DNA of 64,000 nucleotides. Origin: Azolla caroliniana. Taxonomy: Eukaryota; Plantae; Polypodiophyta. The notes below the pieces were generated by a model. That model was not told the origin of the DNA and did no database searches. It saw only the letters and a program-made list of their open reading frames with translations. Location: NCBI GenBank assembly GCA_043228905.1, contig JBHGNT010000014.1, positions 14,632,001 through 14,696,000 on the forward strand, in the 5' to 3' direction. Shown in pieces: positions 48,801-62,878 of this stretch (within the stretch, counting starts at the first letter, position 1; every line of letters starts with the position of its first letter). Position numbers and translations under genes: made by a program.

Positions 48801-50070
48801 CATCCACTTTGCTTAAACTTAACTTGCATTCCTTGCTCTACTATCTGTCCAACAAAAATCTGTTTTTTTGCAAGGTTTGGCACATACATAACATTCAACA
48901 TATACTTTGCTTTTCCTTTTTCTTCCCACAATGGGATATCTCCAACATGCTCGATTGTATGAGTGGTATTATCACCTGCCTATACATAACTAGGAATCTC
49001 TGGTTCTCTTAGACTTTCAAACCAATTTGCATGTCCAGTCATGTGATTAGATACCCCAAAATCTACATACCACATATACTCGTCATTGCATCTTTGTGAA
49101 CATTCAGCCATTGCTGTTGTTTCATGTTGCATCACAAATGCACCATCTTTATCACAATCTTCACTAGTTGAAGCATAGTTATCTTGTTGTCTCTTCCCTC
49201 TTTTTTCATCATTTTTCTTTTTATAGTATTCAGCCTGTGTATGGCCTGGTTTTCCACAATACCAACAACCATCATCATTCAAATAAGTTTGCTTACCTCT
49301 GCCTCGATTACTCCCCCTGCCTCTGATGTTGTTTCTTCCACTTGTAGCTTGTTGTCCTCTTCCTTGATAATTATTTTTGGTTCTAGCTGAACCAAATCTT
49401 TTATGGTCTCTTCGTTGGCCTCTTCCAGCACTATTGTAGAGGGCTTGCCCCTCAATCTCTGAGTTTCCTTTGTTTACATCATCCATCTGATTTCTTTCTT
49501 CCACTACAAGCATTGAAACTAGATCTCGAAAACTTGGGATGTTATCCCTTGTGAGAATAAATGTTTTGAAGCTTTTATATTGAGGTCCTAAGCCTCTTAA
49601 GCATATTTCCACCTTATCATCATCTTCTACCTTTACATTAATAGAAGCAAGTGACTCACATATGCTCTTTATTTTAAGAGCATACTCATTAACTAATATC
49701 TTGCCTTTTTCCAAGGTATTTAGCTCAGTCTTCAACTGAAGCTTTCTAGCCTTTGTGTTTATTGCAAACAGTTTTACCAAACTGTCCCAAGCTTCTTTTG
49801 GAAGCAAAGCATCTTGTATGTGTCCAAGCATCGAATATGAGATGCTAAGTGACAGCCAATGCAATACTTGCCTTGCCCCTTGATTCCATTCCTTAAATGC
49901 TTTAATCTATGTAGCAGTTGCATTTTCTTCAGGGATCTCTAGAGCCTCTTCTAGGTCTCCTTCAATGTAATCCCAGTATCCTTGTCCCATAAGGAAATTT
50001 GTCATTTTGAATTTCCACGCAAGGAAATTGTTTTTTTCCAACTTTTCTGTGACTATTTAGCTTCCATTCT
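48801..50070 (-). pseudogene. Copia gag and start of protease
   Basis: UBN2-type gag (EAWDSL, LRGLGPQY), knuckle CWYCGKPGH, WYVDFGVSNHM. Confidence 0.9.
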
Positions 50071-53000
50071 CAACGGCCATTCTCTCTTTCAAATTAGGGC
50101 TTTTGCTACGATTAACTTCACAGACAACTCTCTGATTCAGACCAACAACCAAAACCAAACTTCTCAGATTTGTACTGTTCCTTTTTACGAGCAACTCTGC
50201 TATGATACCATGTTACGAAGGCGCTCCGACTCTTCTTAATGCACAACGGATCGTGATGTGCTAGATCGTTGTGTGCTCAAGATAGAAAGAGAAGGGGGAA
50301 GGAGACTTACCTCTGTAGCAACCCAAAAGCTTCTATTTCATTACACAGAGAGAACCTCTCTCGTCTTCTCCTCTTACAACTACTCTCTTACTTCTACTTC
50401 TCACTCTTACTTTTTTTACCTAAGTATATAAGTGACTTATATATGCAGCTAATTAGCCATGAGTAGCTAATTAGCTATGACTAGCTAAATAGTTGTTTTA
50501 CTTATATTTCCACTAGTAGCTAATTTCCTAATAGCTACTATAGGGGATCTCACTTACCAATATGCATCATATGCTTTTGTTGAGCTTGTTTCTCAACAAT
50601 CTTTCCCTCCTTTTATAGCTCCAAGGAGGGTTGGTTACATCAGACTGTTATGACAATCATTTTGGTCAAAGATTCTCCCTTGATTTTCTACCATCACATC
50701 CTCCCTATTTTCACAGGCCCATAATTACCTACTAACTATTCTGTCTTGCACTTATTAATATACTCTCTATTTACATTTTTTTTATACAAAGACCATATCA
50801 TGTACATATGTGCACGCCCTTGTTCCCACGCGTGATGCATCCGACGAATTTTCCTTCCTATGACCGTAATCCTTCATGACGTCTACCCCCACCAAACTGC
50901 ATATCCTATAACTTGTGCCAAATAACGAAGTAGTGAAGAATTCTGGAACACTCTTATTCGTCTTCCAATCCGTCGTTGGTCTGGTCTTCGTCCAGTTGTC
51001 TGATCTGGTCGTCGTTGTTGCCCTCTATCTTCCGATCTGGTTCCATGTCCTCTCGCTTCTTGAAGACCTTAATCCGTTTTCCCGCAACCGGCACGACTAT
51101 CCTCATCTTGTTGAGCTCCGAGAGGTGATACATAGCATTGTCATTGGCACTTGTTACCAGATATGGCCCAAACCACCTTTTTGCGAACTTGCGAATTGAC
51201 TAGTGCTGGTTGTCGAGGCTACTATCGTAGACCAGAACCTAGTCGCCTTCTTCGATCTTCCTTGGTCGTAGTTGGTGCATCCGGTTCAATCAAGAACCAA
51301 CATACTTCCGCAGTCAACTTGTTCGTCAGAGCTTGCCCTTCCACATGGTTCATCAAATCCTCCCATGCAAGTACAAGGTACCTCATCTGTCCTAACCCCC
51401 ATCAACATCGTCACTAGATAGACCATCCATTTGAACTGTATGGTCAGTGGGTAAGTTGGATGCAGCTCGTCGCAATGTCGAACTTTGGAATGTACTTACT
51501 TTGGAATGTACTTGACAACTTTCGCACGTCATTGTACATCCCCGACCACAAGTACCTACCCTTGACCTTCTTGAATGTAGCCCACGTCCTCGATGTTCAG
51601 ATCAGGGACTCTCATGAAATTCGGCCAATAGCTCCGGCTGGTTCTCCTTCCTCATCACCACCCGGAGTGGTGTACCGTTCTGCTTCTTCGGATGCTGCTA
51701 GATTAGTCCGTCCTTTAGGAAGAATTTGTATGCCTTCTTCCGGATCCGACTCACATCCTCCTTCGTCCACGAAACATTTTCCGTCAACATGCTCAGGAAC
51801 CTACTGATAAGCAACCACTCCCCTTCGTAGTCTATTTTGATTATTACCTCTATCCCGATTAAATAGTCCTTGTCGGTCTTCATTGCCGAAACGATACCGC
51901 ACAGTTCCTGCTTGACTTCGGCATATCCTCACTACCGCTCGCTTAAAACCTTCACTCCAAACCGGACGGCGAATCATGTGCTACCTTCTTCCTCCTGGTT
52001 GATTACCCACCCAATTCCGGTCGAACTCATGTTGACCATCACGTATATCGAAGCTCCCTTTTCATAGATTGCCTTCTGGAGAGTGAGAGTTATCGTGAGC
52101 ATCCCCTTTAGTCTCCTCATTGCCTCTGTGTGCTCTTCTCCCCGTTCGAACTTCTACCCCTTCTTTAGTAAGTTGTAGACTGGCTCAACAATATGCACAT
52201 AGTGGGGAATCCAAATGTGGTAGAAGGCACAACCCCCTAGAAACCATTGAAATTCCATTGTCGACCTGCATTCTTCCTTCATTGCCGAAATGGCTTCGAT
52301 CTTGCCGGAGACAGTTTCTGACCGTATGACCCGCATGGGTGTTCGACCACTAGGATCTCCATTTGTCCAAACGCTGACTTTTCTCCCAACAAAGTTAGGT
52401 CTGCTCCCTCCAACCTCTACAGTATTTTCTTGTAGTCGGCAATGTGGTCGGCCATGAACTTCCAGCGTCTGTCTTCTCTTTTATCGGAATTTCATCCATG
52501 AATGACATGGTGATGTTCGGGATGCAATCCCTCAATACCTTGTTCATTGCGTTCAGTATGTGCACCACCAAATTCGTTCCTCCTTGCGGTAGAGTACACA
52601 TCCAAACTAAGCCCATCAGGGTCCACATCGTCGTGATGTCCCTACTTCCGACAGCTAGATGGAATTGATTGTACCCTGAGTATAAGTCGCCAACCAAGTA
52701 GATTGACCTTCCAATGAAGGTCTCTGAAAACTTGTCGATGATCAACCTGACCCTGCATTTCCAATTGTCACTCTATTGACGGGTTGCAAGTCTTGTATAA
52801 AGCGCAATACCTTGTTCTTCTTCGGCATCCTAAACCACTGATTCGAATACGGGGTACTCGACGGTTCGAGGATCCTCATATTGACTTTCTTTGTAAGCAG
52901 CTCCATCAACTTTGGGATGTGAGCTCTAGGTACCAGAATAGGCTTGAGGTTCCATGGTACATAAGGTATGGTGAAGATTACCATAGGCTTGACGACTATT

Positions 53001-53537
53001 GGATCGATGCACCTGATCTCCCTCGATGAGAATGCGGAAGCCTTCCCGTGACTCTTGATCATTCTCCGGAACGAGTTATCCTTTGCGGGCAGTAGGAAGC
53101 CACCCCCACCGATTATGAGCTTATGTAGTGTCTCGTCGATGAACTAGTGTCCAATCTCGCGGGGGTCTCTTAAACTCGGGTCGGTCGTGATCCCTTTTAT
53201 CATTCCCCAATTGTCCTCTGGTAAGGGCGTCGTGACTAGCCTCATCTTCCGGTCCACAGTCTTGTACTTGGTGCTAACGTGGGCAACCCGCCCCACCCCA
53301 ACTATTCGTATGAACTCCGTGATTACCTGATACATGTCAACCGAATTGACCAAAATTGTCCAGTCTTTGCTCAGATCACCTTCTCGATCTCCCCGATGGT
53401 GTCGTCAAATGAAACCGCCTCCATGGCACCGCCGATCGAGTCATCAGGGTCCATTGCTCCACATGCCTTCAAGCGTTCCTCGACTCATCGTTTTTCCTAG
53501 TCATCCATGTTGGTTATTGTACATCCTCTGTTGCTGA

Positions 53538-54463
53538 TGTCGTAAAGTTTCGCATGCGTGTGTCGCTTGAACGGGACCACCAGGGCCTTGGACCGGGGAG
53601 ACAAAAGTAATGAGGAAGTGGGAGATTAAGACAAAGACATGGGGAAATATGTAACATAAGCTTTGATATAATTTAGGGTTTTTGTTTTTATTTTTTTATA
53701 ATTCTTAGGCTTGACACCATGATTTCGGTGATTATTACAATAATCGGTATTAAATAAACCAAAGGAGCTAAAATAAACCGGCGAAGGTGAGTCTAGTGGG
53801 CTCCGAGTTTGACTACTTCCGACGGCTATGTTGCCTCAATTTGGAGTAGCTCTCGTGCCACTACAACCTCCCTTCCGCAACCGGCCACCTAGTTGACTAC
53901 CACCGAAATGTTGAAAAAGCCGTTGTTTAAGAAAACCAAACCTTAAAATATCTCGAGTAAGAAGTAGAATACTAGAAACAAATCTCTCAAACCCTAAAAC
54001 CCTAATTCCTCTAGTATGTTAAGGAGAAAAGAAGAAGCTCTCAATTCCTAACCCTAGAAGGAAAAGAAGAAGGAGAAAGGGATAAGGAGAAAAGGAGGCT
54101 ATAAAACCCTAACCCTAGAAGAAGAGGACAAGAAGATGAAACCCTAGTGGTACACCCCTAAGCCAAAATGGGCAAACCCCATAATAAGCCCTATTCCTCC
54201 CCTCTTATAGAGGACAGAGTCGCCTATATTAACATTACATGCTTTTTTTTATTTCCTTTGTCACAAAAAAGGAAGGGGAACAAAATACTCCTTGGTTTGC
54301 ACGAAGAGAGACTTGAACTATACACCTCTCTCTATATACTTATTAGGCCTAACCACTAGGCTACAATAAATTATCTATTTATTTATTTTTCATTTATACA
54401 TGACTTTATGAGATGTGTGTGGAACCTCACTCTTTCTCACATTGAACACGCCACAACACGACA
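53538..54463. repeat. Possible solo LTR
   Basis: TGTCGT..ACGACA ends and non-coding, AAACCCTA-rich content interrupting the old gypsy; no matching TSD. Confidence 0.35.
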
Positions 54464-54970
54464 TCGAAGAGCCAAAACTTGCTACCTATAGTATAAGTGT
54501 GGGGTTTCAGTCGGTTGTTCAAACTATTGCGGCCCCACTCCTTGCTAGCCCTCTTCAAAAATCCTGTCGGCCATCACTGCTGAGAGAGTCCTTGTTTCAT
54601 TTGTGGTTCAGCTGAACCATCAAGAATTGCACGGAGTGCCGACCGTCTTGGCTCTTTTCTCGAGCGTATGTTGAACCATTGTCTAGCACCATCATCTCCA
54701 TCTGGCCCGCCGTAGTGTAGGACTCACCCAAGATTACCGGATGGGAGGATGACTCGTGCACGAAGAAGTGTTGGTCTATTTCGACATCCCCGACCTTCAC
54801 CCGAATGTTTGGGCATGCCCCGTGCAATTCCTATGTGGCACGAGTCGCTACAAGTATCTTCCATCCATGCTTTGTGTTGATCGGCCACCTTCTGTTCTCG
54901 TAGAAGTCCATCAACATTATGTTAATTTCCAATCCGTGATGGATCAACGCAATGACTGGCTCCTTCACAT

Positions 54971-57680
54971 TGTCACGGGCGTAGACGAGGGCAAGGACAA
55001 GTAGGCGAGCTCAATATTAACAAAGAGAGAAAGATAGATATATAGATAGAGAGGAGCATAGACAAGAGAACAAGAGAGAGAGAGGGTAGACAAAAGAGCG
55101 AGAACAAAATTATGCTTTCGTAACTGGTGTTGTTCACCTTGATTGTAATCAAGGTGCACTGAAGTATTTATACAAGAATGTGGTGGTATGAATGTAAGCT
55201 AGGAAACATCTACAGAATGTATGGAAACTTCTAGAGAGTGCATGTCTATGCATTCTCTAGAAGTTTCTTGAAAGTTCTAGTGATTAACTTACAATGTAAT
55301 AAGTTGAAACTTATATTACAATATAATAATGCATAGATGGAATGTAGCTCAATTGGTAAGGTTGCCCAATAAGACCAATAGGTCATGGGTTCAACCCTCT
55401 ACATTCCATCGTGTCTATGACATTATCCTCTCTCTAAGACCGCCTCCCGGGACTCGCGGTTGGCTTATGTGGGTATCATTGATGAAAATCACGAATGGCC
55501 TCCGGAGCATTTTGTAATTGTGTAATTGGTTCCCATGTGGCGTCCGAAATGGGGTAACCCTTCCATAAGACCAAATATTGGAGCTGTTGACGATGATATC
55601 AAGAGTCGAGGATTAGGTTAACCTCATATTCTTCGCCTGTCAACAATTCCACAGGTGGCATTGGAGGAGGGTGTCGTCCTGGAATTCGAGAAGGATGGTA
55701 GAGTTCGAGGAGGGAAACGTGAAAAACATCGTGAATCCGGAATGTTAGAGGAAGTGCTAACCGGAAGGCGACTGGGTTGATCCGCTTGATGATACGAAAG
55801 GGGTCTAGTCTTTTGTAGTTCAATTTTGCAAAAGGACGTGTGGTGGCGATGTGACGGCGTAACAGCCAAACCATGTTTGCGATTGCAAACGTCAGTGTAG
55901 CTAAGCGATGTCGGTCCGCTTGATCTTTATAGTGGTCACCAACAACACGGAGCTCCAAGGAGAGGTCACGATGGACATCGTGTAAAGCACGGGCACGTGT
56001 CTTTGCCGAAGGATTGACCGAAGTTGCGGGTATGGAAATGCTGAAACGAGGGTGAAATCCATAGTTTGCAAAGAAGGGGGAAACCTTAGTCAAAGCATGG
56101 ATACTATTATTGTAAGCAAATTCTGCCATTGCAAGGAAGTCCACCCAATCCTCTTGTTGGTAGCTCACGGTACACCGAAGGTATTGTTCGAGGATTTGGT
56201 TGACTCACTCCGTTTGTCCATCAGTTTGAGGATGGTATGCTAAGGACAAGTTGACAAAAGTCCCGAATGTTTGTAGAAGTTGTCACCAAAAGTGGGAAAT
56301 GAATTGAGAACCTCGATCAGAGGTGATATCCTCGGGTAAGCCGTGTAATCAAACAACATTTTAAAGAAAAAGATCAGTTGTCTCTTCCCCGGAAACGGTT
56401 TTGGAACATGGAACAAAGTGGGCCATCTTCGAAAACCGATCGACAATGACTAGCACCGTGTTATGTCCACGAACCAGAGGGAGGTCGGTGATAAAGTCCA
56501 TGGATAGAGAGAACCATGGTCGACGTGGAATGGGGAGCGGGTGGAGAAGACCATATGGCCGATGGTGAGGTGTTTTGGATCGAGCACATACATCACATGT
56601 CTTGATAAATTCCTTGACAAATTTCCAAGGTTGGGGCCACCAAAACCCTCGAGATAGCAATTCCAGGGTTTTCGTAACCCCAAAGTGGCCGGCAAGAGGA
56701 TCATGATGACAGTTTTGTAGAACCCGTGTACGACATGATCCTTCGGGAATGTACAAGAGATGATTACGATATAGTAACCCATCTCGGATTGTAAATTGGT
56801 TGAGATATGAGCTTTTCATGTTCGGAGATGGGTCATTAATGCGGCCCATGATTTCTTTGGCGAATGGGTCTGACACGGTTGCCGTGGCGATCTTGTTGAG
56901 CAAAGAATCATCATATAACATGTAGGTGGCGAACATCTGAAGTTGATCGGGCCGCAACAAACAATGGGATTGTTGTGAATATGCATCATCTCATAGGCGC
57001 AATGCAAAATCAGGTCCCCGAGAGAGGGCATCAACTTTCCCATGTTGAACTCCGGGTGGAAACATGATCTCAAAGTCGTAATTGGCAAGAAAAGATGACC
57101 ATCGGGCTTGCCTCCGATTCAATGTACGACCGGTGGTGAAGTAAATTAGATTTTTGTGGTCGGTCAGCACCTGGATGCGATGTTGGGCCCCAGCCAAATA
57201 GGGTCACCATTAGGTGAAGGCAGATATGATTGTTGCCAGCTCCATGACATAGACTAGATAATTGATTTCCGAGGCGGTAAACTTCCGAGAGTAGAAGGCA
57301 ACATGACGTAGTGTGCCCTTCTCTTCTGGTTGGGACAATACAACTCCAATGGCAAAGCCAGAGGCATTGGTTTCGACTTGGAAGGGCCTTGTGGGGTCGG
57401 GGTGGACCAACACTGGGATTGTGAGAAAAGCTGCCTTGAGGGCATCAAAAGCACGTTGCGCCGCAGAGGTCCAAAGAAATGCATGGAACTTCTAGAGAGT
57501 GCATGTCTATGCATTCTCTAGAAGTTTCTTGAAAGTTCTAGTGATTAACTTACAATGTAGTAAGTTGAAACTTATACAATACAATAATGTATAGATGGAA
57601 TGTAGCTCAATTGGTAAGGTTGCCCAATAAGACCAAGAGGTCATGGGTTCAACCCTCGACATTCCATCGTGTCTATGACA
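54971..57680 (-). mobile_element. Internally deleted chromovirus (Ty3/gypsy; RH-integrase-chromodomain)
   Basis: TSD CACAT on both sides; LTR 54971-55422 and partial LTR about 57483-57680; PPT; SMDFITDLP, RQARWS, chromodomain [21 protein letters not shown]. Confidence 0.9.
55336..55410 (+). other. tRNA-like Pol III cassette in the chromovirus LTR (second copy 57594-57668)
   Basis: A box TAGCTCAATTGG, B box GGTTCAACCC, closing stem GATGGAATGTAG/CTACATTCCATC. Confidence 0.65.
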
Positions 57681-58611
57681 CACATCTTTGATCTGGGCCG
57701 GAGTCTCTGTTGTCACCCTTGACCAATGCAGCCTCATATAGTGGTTGTCTGCATAGTCTTCTTCTACCGCCACTTCGTCGATAATCGTCGCTCTTATATA
57801 AATCCGTTTCTCATTCTCTGGCTCCGTCGAAAGCCACTTCCTCTTCACAAGGTCGATTATTATGCCTTGGAATTCTTTCTTGGCTATGCCCAATATTTCC
57901 TACAATGTGAATTCCACCTGATTGTTGAGGATTCGCTCCTCCTAGACATTCTATACGTCTATCGACTTCTCTATTTCCAAGCTCAGTTGGAATCTTGGAA
58001 TCTTCCCCTTTCCTTTCTCCTGTGGGTCAGTCGGACCACCATAGCTTTTCTTTGGCCCGCTCTGGGTATCGTATCTACCTGAGGGGCTTGCCCCTCCGGT
58101 ATTTCTGACCCACTTGTCATCGACCAAAACTTCGTAGTTCTGGCATGCACCTTCTACGAGGCTGGTCCTCTCCTCCACCGGATCATTCCATCCGGTCACC
58201 TCCTGAAATCGCCTCTCCACGCAATCTTTCTCTCTTCAACTTCTTCCCTGAGAAGCCTTCCAACACCACTGGCCATAATACAATTTCGTTTCCTAAGCCA
58301 GTGTTCTTCTCTCCTCCTACTGATACCGGCCAATGCCGAGTAGTGCATGGCTTCGACATGTTGTCTTGCTGCTTCCTCCATTATCCTCTTCATCCCGCCC
58401 CGTTCGGTGTTCATCACCAAGGGCCTTCGCATTTCGCTCACGTGTACAAGGCCACCTTAGAGGTACACCGCGTTGTTCTTCAAAGCCTTGGCGAATTTGG
58501 CACAGTCCATCCGAATGTGGTCGTCATTGTCGCACCATTTCACCAAAGGGTGGGAGGTGGTCGTCGGACATGAGAAGGATCCCCACCATCTCTACGAGCC
58601 TGTGCGATCTG

Positions 58612-61355
58612 TGTTGGGAAAATTGGTCCCTCCGGATGGGAAGAAGACAAGTCAGATGGAGAGATAAGCTGAATCAGTCGATGGCTAACTCAGCCGAGAC
58701 CGATAGGCCAAGGCCAAAAAATCAACTAATCAACAATTGATCGACAATTGATTCAGCTAATAGTCGAATCGGTCAAAGCCGACTTGAGGCTATATTTGTA
58801 AATACCCATTTATGTATATGAGTATAAATATACTTAGGGCAAGTAGTTAGATGATGATGAATCATTGTGGTGAATAGTTATAGTGTGTAGTTGCCTTTGT
58901 AACTACTGCCAGAGAGTGTGTGTGAGAGTTGTAACTCAACACCCATCAACTAGACAAAGAAGAGGTTGAGGTTGTTGCCTCAGAGTCTCTTATTGTATTT
59001 CCTCTATATATAGTGATTTTGTTTTGGAGTCTTTGGGCTCCCGTGGTTTTCCCCTTTCAGGGTTTCCACGTAAACATCTTGTGCCCTCTTGTTTGCGTAT
59101 CCATTTTCTGTTCTTTCATTTCCATATGTGAGTGATAATCGGTTGTGGCCAAATCCATATACAACAAACTGGTATCAAAGCACAGGTTCATAACCTCAAG
59201 GATTAGAATATGGATGACTCACTCAGTGGAATGTTCAAGTTAACCAACTCCAACTACTCAGTGTGGAAGTCGAAGATGCGGGATATGCCTTGTGCAAAGA
59301 CTTATGGTTGCTAGTGCAATACAACAAAACCAAGCCTGACAAGATTGGTGCATTGACTTGGGAAGTGTTGCATCTAAAGGCGACTACATACATAAGGTGT
59401 TTTATAGACATGAGTCTATACAACAACTTCAATGAAGAGAACAAGGTGGACCTCCTCTGGCAAAAGATCGGCATTATGTTCGAGAACAAGAATGTTGTTA
59501 ATAGGGTCTCAATCTTTAGCAAGATTGTGAGATTCCAGTATCAAGACGACTCCAGCATGGCGGAGCATCTGAATGCCTTCCAAGGTCTAATAAACCAAAC
59601 CACCTCTCAGGGAGTACCTCTAGCTGATGAGGTATTAGCATTACTGTTGTTGGGATCCCTTTTGGACAGTTGGGAGACACTCGTTATCACATTAGGCAAC
59701 GTTGGGCCGGAAGGGAAGCACCTATCCCTAGAGAAGGTGAAGTCGAGCTTGCTTAACAAAGAACCTCGTCGGAAGGATAGAGAGGCAATCTCCGACCCAA
59801 AGGCCTTAACGACTAAAGGTGACATGAATTGGGGAAGAGGCCGGAATAGAAGCCCCTAGAATTGGGAGAAGTCGGGGACCAGGTCAAAGTCGTGAGAAGT
59901 CGTGTCACTTTAAGAAGAATTGTCGGCACTACCGGAAAGATAAAGGGGAGCCGATGGTGCCAAACCGAAGAAGATTCCCGGAAGAAGAGGTACCTTGGCA
60001 ATCACGATGAGTGAGGAGGAGTTGTTGCTCATCAGTGAGCAAAGTAAGTTAAACCTTGTATGTGATGAATCGACATGGGTGGTCGATTCGGGTGCATCAT
60101 TCCACCTAACCCCTAATAGAGGATGCTTCTCATCGTATACAGTTGGTGATCACGGTTTTGTAAAGATGAAGGAGCATGTCGAATCATGAGCATAGGAGAC
60201 ATGTGCTTGACGATTTCAACCGAGTGCAGATTGGTATTGAAAGATGTGCAACATGTTCTAGATGTCAGATTGAATATGATATCAGTCGGTCGGCTAGATT
60301 ATAAAGGCTACACGGGTAGCATCCGTAATGACACACTTAAGTTTTGCAAGGGAAGCCTGATTATGGCCCGAGCCCTGAAGACAAACACATTGTATGTGAT
60401 GCATGCTCGATTATGCTGGGAGGAAGCAAATGTGGCACCTAGCACAACCGATGACCTATGGCACAAGAGGCTTGTCACATGAGTGAGAAGGGGATGTGGA
60501 ATCTTGCCAATGATGACCTCATTCCGGAGGTGAAAAACGTGCACCTTGATAAGTGTGTAGATTTTTTGGCCGGCAAGCAGAACAAAACCTCTTTCCGAAC
60601 AAGACCCCCGATGAGGAAGAAGATATCGTTGGAACTCGTGCATATGGATGTATGCTACGTGGACACCAAGTCACATTTCGGTTCACAATATTTTGGGACC
60701 TTCATAGACGACTGTAGTCGGAAGTTGTGGATGTATGAACTAACTAAGCTGCCAAAAGGAAAGAAGACATTTCTGAACAAGTGTGTATACAAATTGATGC
60801 CGAGAGAAAGCGGGAATCCACCTAGATACAAAGCCCAAATTGTTGTGAAAGGTTTTCAACAAAAGAAGGGTGTGAATTTTGACAAAATATTTGCACCGGT
60901 AGTAAAGATGACATTCATACGGACGGTGGTGAGTATAGCGGTCAGCATGGATTTGGAAGTAGACCAGTTCGATCTCAAGATTGCCTTTCTACATGGAGAT
61001 TTAGAGGAAGAAATCTACATGCACCAACCGGAAGGATTCGTGGAGAAAGGAAAGGAGAACCTAGTATGCCGACTGAGGAAGAGCTTGTACGGACTGAAGC
61101 AAGCTCCCCGGAAATGGTACCGAAAGTTCGAATCCTTCATGGTGGATCATGGTTTCAACAAGACACAAGCCGATCACTGTGTCTTTGTCAAGAAATATGA
61201 TGGAGGAGACTTTCTCATCCTCCTGTGGTATGTTGATGACATGATAATTGTAGGACAGGACTTGAAGAAAATCATAAGCTTGAAAAAGGCTTTGAGCAAA
61301 TCAAAGTGTCATTCACCTTGCTAAGAATGTCGCCTACCACTCGAGAACTAAGCAC
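58612..61355 (+). mobile_element. Truncated Ty1/copia related to 5700-8136 (LTR 58612-59166, PBS 59170-59181, gag, PR, deleted INT fused to RT)
   Basis: TGTTG..CAACA LTR, TGGTATCAAAGC, WVVDSGASFH, LYGLKQAPRKW, YVDDM; gag clearly similar to 6781-7251. Confidence 0.9.
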
Positions 61356-62831
61356 AATGCTTACTCTTCATCCAACAATTGTTGTGCTCTCCCTTCCTTG
61401 AATTAATGGGTCTCCACATAAGATGGAACTATTGCACCCCTTCTATAGTATAATATGTATATAACATCCCAACCATTTCACGACTATAAACTTTTATATC
61501 TAATGCAAGAAGTGTTGTTTGGGGAAAAAAAAATGTCAACAAAGATGTCTCCAAAAGAAAATGGTTTGAATAAGTGGCATATTGTTGTTAAGTATGTACT
61601 TTTCATAAATAGCATGACCTATGAAGACATCAACATCCGCATTAATACTAATAACTAAGTGCAAGACCAAAGAAAGGTGAACACAACAAAGTTGTCTCTA
61701 ACACTTTAGGCCTAATGGCCGCCCCAATCCGCAAGGTGACAACCTTTTTGTAAGTGAGCTATAAAAGTCACTTTTGTGCCTTTTTTAGATTCTTCTTGAA
61801 CTTTTAATCTAAATCCCCTTTTGTACTCTAAGTTGGAGCCCTCTCTCCCTTTCTTTTTCCAATGTACTTGTGAAGTGAGTAATTAGAGTTAACTCCAATT
61901 TATTCAAATCGTAATAACTCCTCCATTTAGAGGCATTACTTAATCTCATAGTTGAGCTATTTGCGTGAGAGATGTGAGTGAGAGTTTGTGGGAGTCTGGT
62001 AAGTGATGTTAACGGCTCGAGAGTGGTTGACAACCACTCTCGCCCAACTCGCCATCAATAGGGCATACCACACGGTCCAAAACCCTTTGCCTCATGATAT
62101 CACTGTGGAGGTAAAACTCAACCTATAGAAAGACATGTACTTGATGCAAACATCTTCAACTTGACACAATTGTAAATACAATTATCATTAATTTATAGTT
62201 TCCATGTGTATCAAATAAAAGGATAGAAACTTCAGTTGATGTTTCACATCACTAATACCTCGAAAAAGCAACGCAATCATTGAATGGATTATTGTCCAAC
62301 TTGTTATCATCTAGAAAATACAAGAAAATAATATTATCATTACAAAATCATTCAGTTTTTGTTATTTTCACACATGATTGGTTCTATATTATGATGTTAA
62401 AAATCTTCCAAACTATACTAGAACTTTGTTGAAAAAGCAACATGATCATTTAATGAGATAAAATGCTCATGTCTAATGTTGAGAACAAAGCTCACTTTAT
62501 ATCCCAATGGTTCTCAAAGGATATGCAATTGTAACCTCAAATAAGGATATATATATATATATAATAAAAGTGAGGAGAGAAGAATTAGGAAATGGAGATG
62601 AGGGAGAATAAAGTAACTAAGATGTAAGAGCTACATGTGTGAGTAAAGGGAAATGATTATCCTAGACACAAGTGATCTTGGATTACTGTCCTTGAAGCAA
62701 CTAATATGTCGACAATATATCCTCTGTGCATTAATTTCCTATACTTAGTAATATATTTGTACATTTCACTTTCATAGATGCCATAACAACTAATATTCCT
62801 ATATGCCGACTAGATGGTACATCCGTCATCC

Positions 62832-62878
62832 ATCTTGTTGTTGAACCTAGGATAATTTCCTAGGTTCAACAACAAGAT
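62832..62878. repeat. Perfect 21-bp inverted repeat with 5-nt loop
   Basis: ATCTTGTTGTTGAACCTAGGA-TAATT-TCCTAGGTTCAACAACAAGAT. Confidence 0.9.

Larger units (their letters stand above)
15835..50598 (-). mobile_element. Complete Ty1/copia element interrupted by the gypsy array
   Basis: LTRs 15835-16242 and 50211-50598 (TG..CA); TSD ATCTT on both sides; PBS TGGTATCATAGC at 50199-50210; PPT AGCTTGAGGGGGAG at 16243-16256. Confidence 0.95.
50604..58611 (-). mobile_element. Old, heavily degenerate Ty3/gypsy internal region hosting later insertions
   Basis: RT remnants DLYSGYNQF, LPQGGTN, FMDEIPIK (52395-53062); protease-region remnant at 54597-54965, continuing after 57685. Confidence 0.7.

Noticed and set aside
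53930-54190. AAACCCTA motifs as an interstitial telomere
   Set aside because: Scattered single motifs, not a tandem array; common in plant LTRs
55336-55410. Functional tRNA gene
   Set aside because: No proper anticodon or D stem could be folded; it lies within LTRs
60458-61324. Novel integrase-RT fusion protein
   Set aside because: In-frame internal deletion in a decayed copia copy
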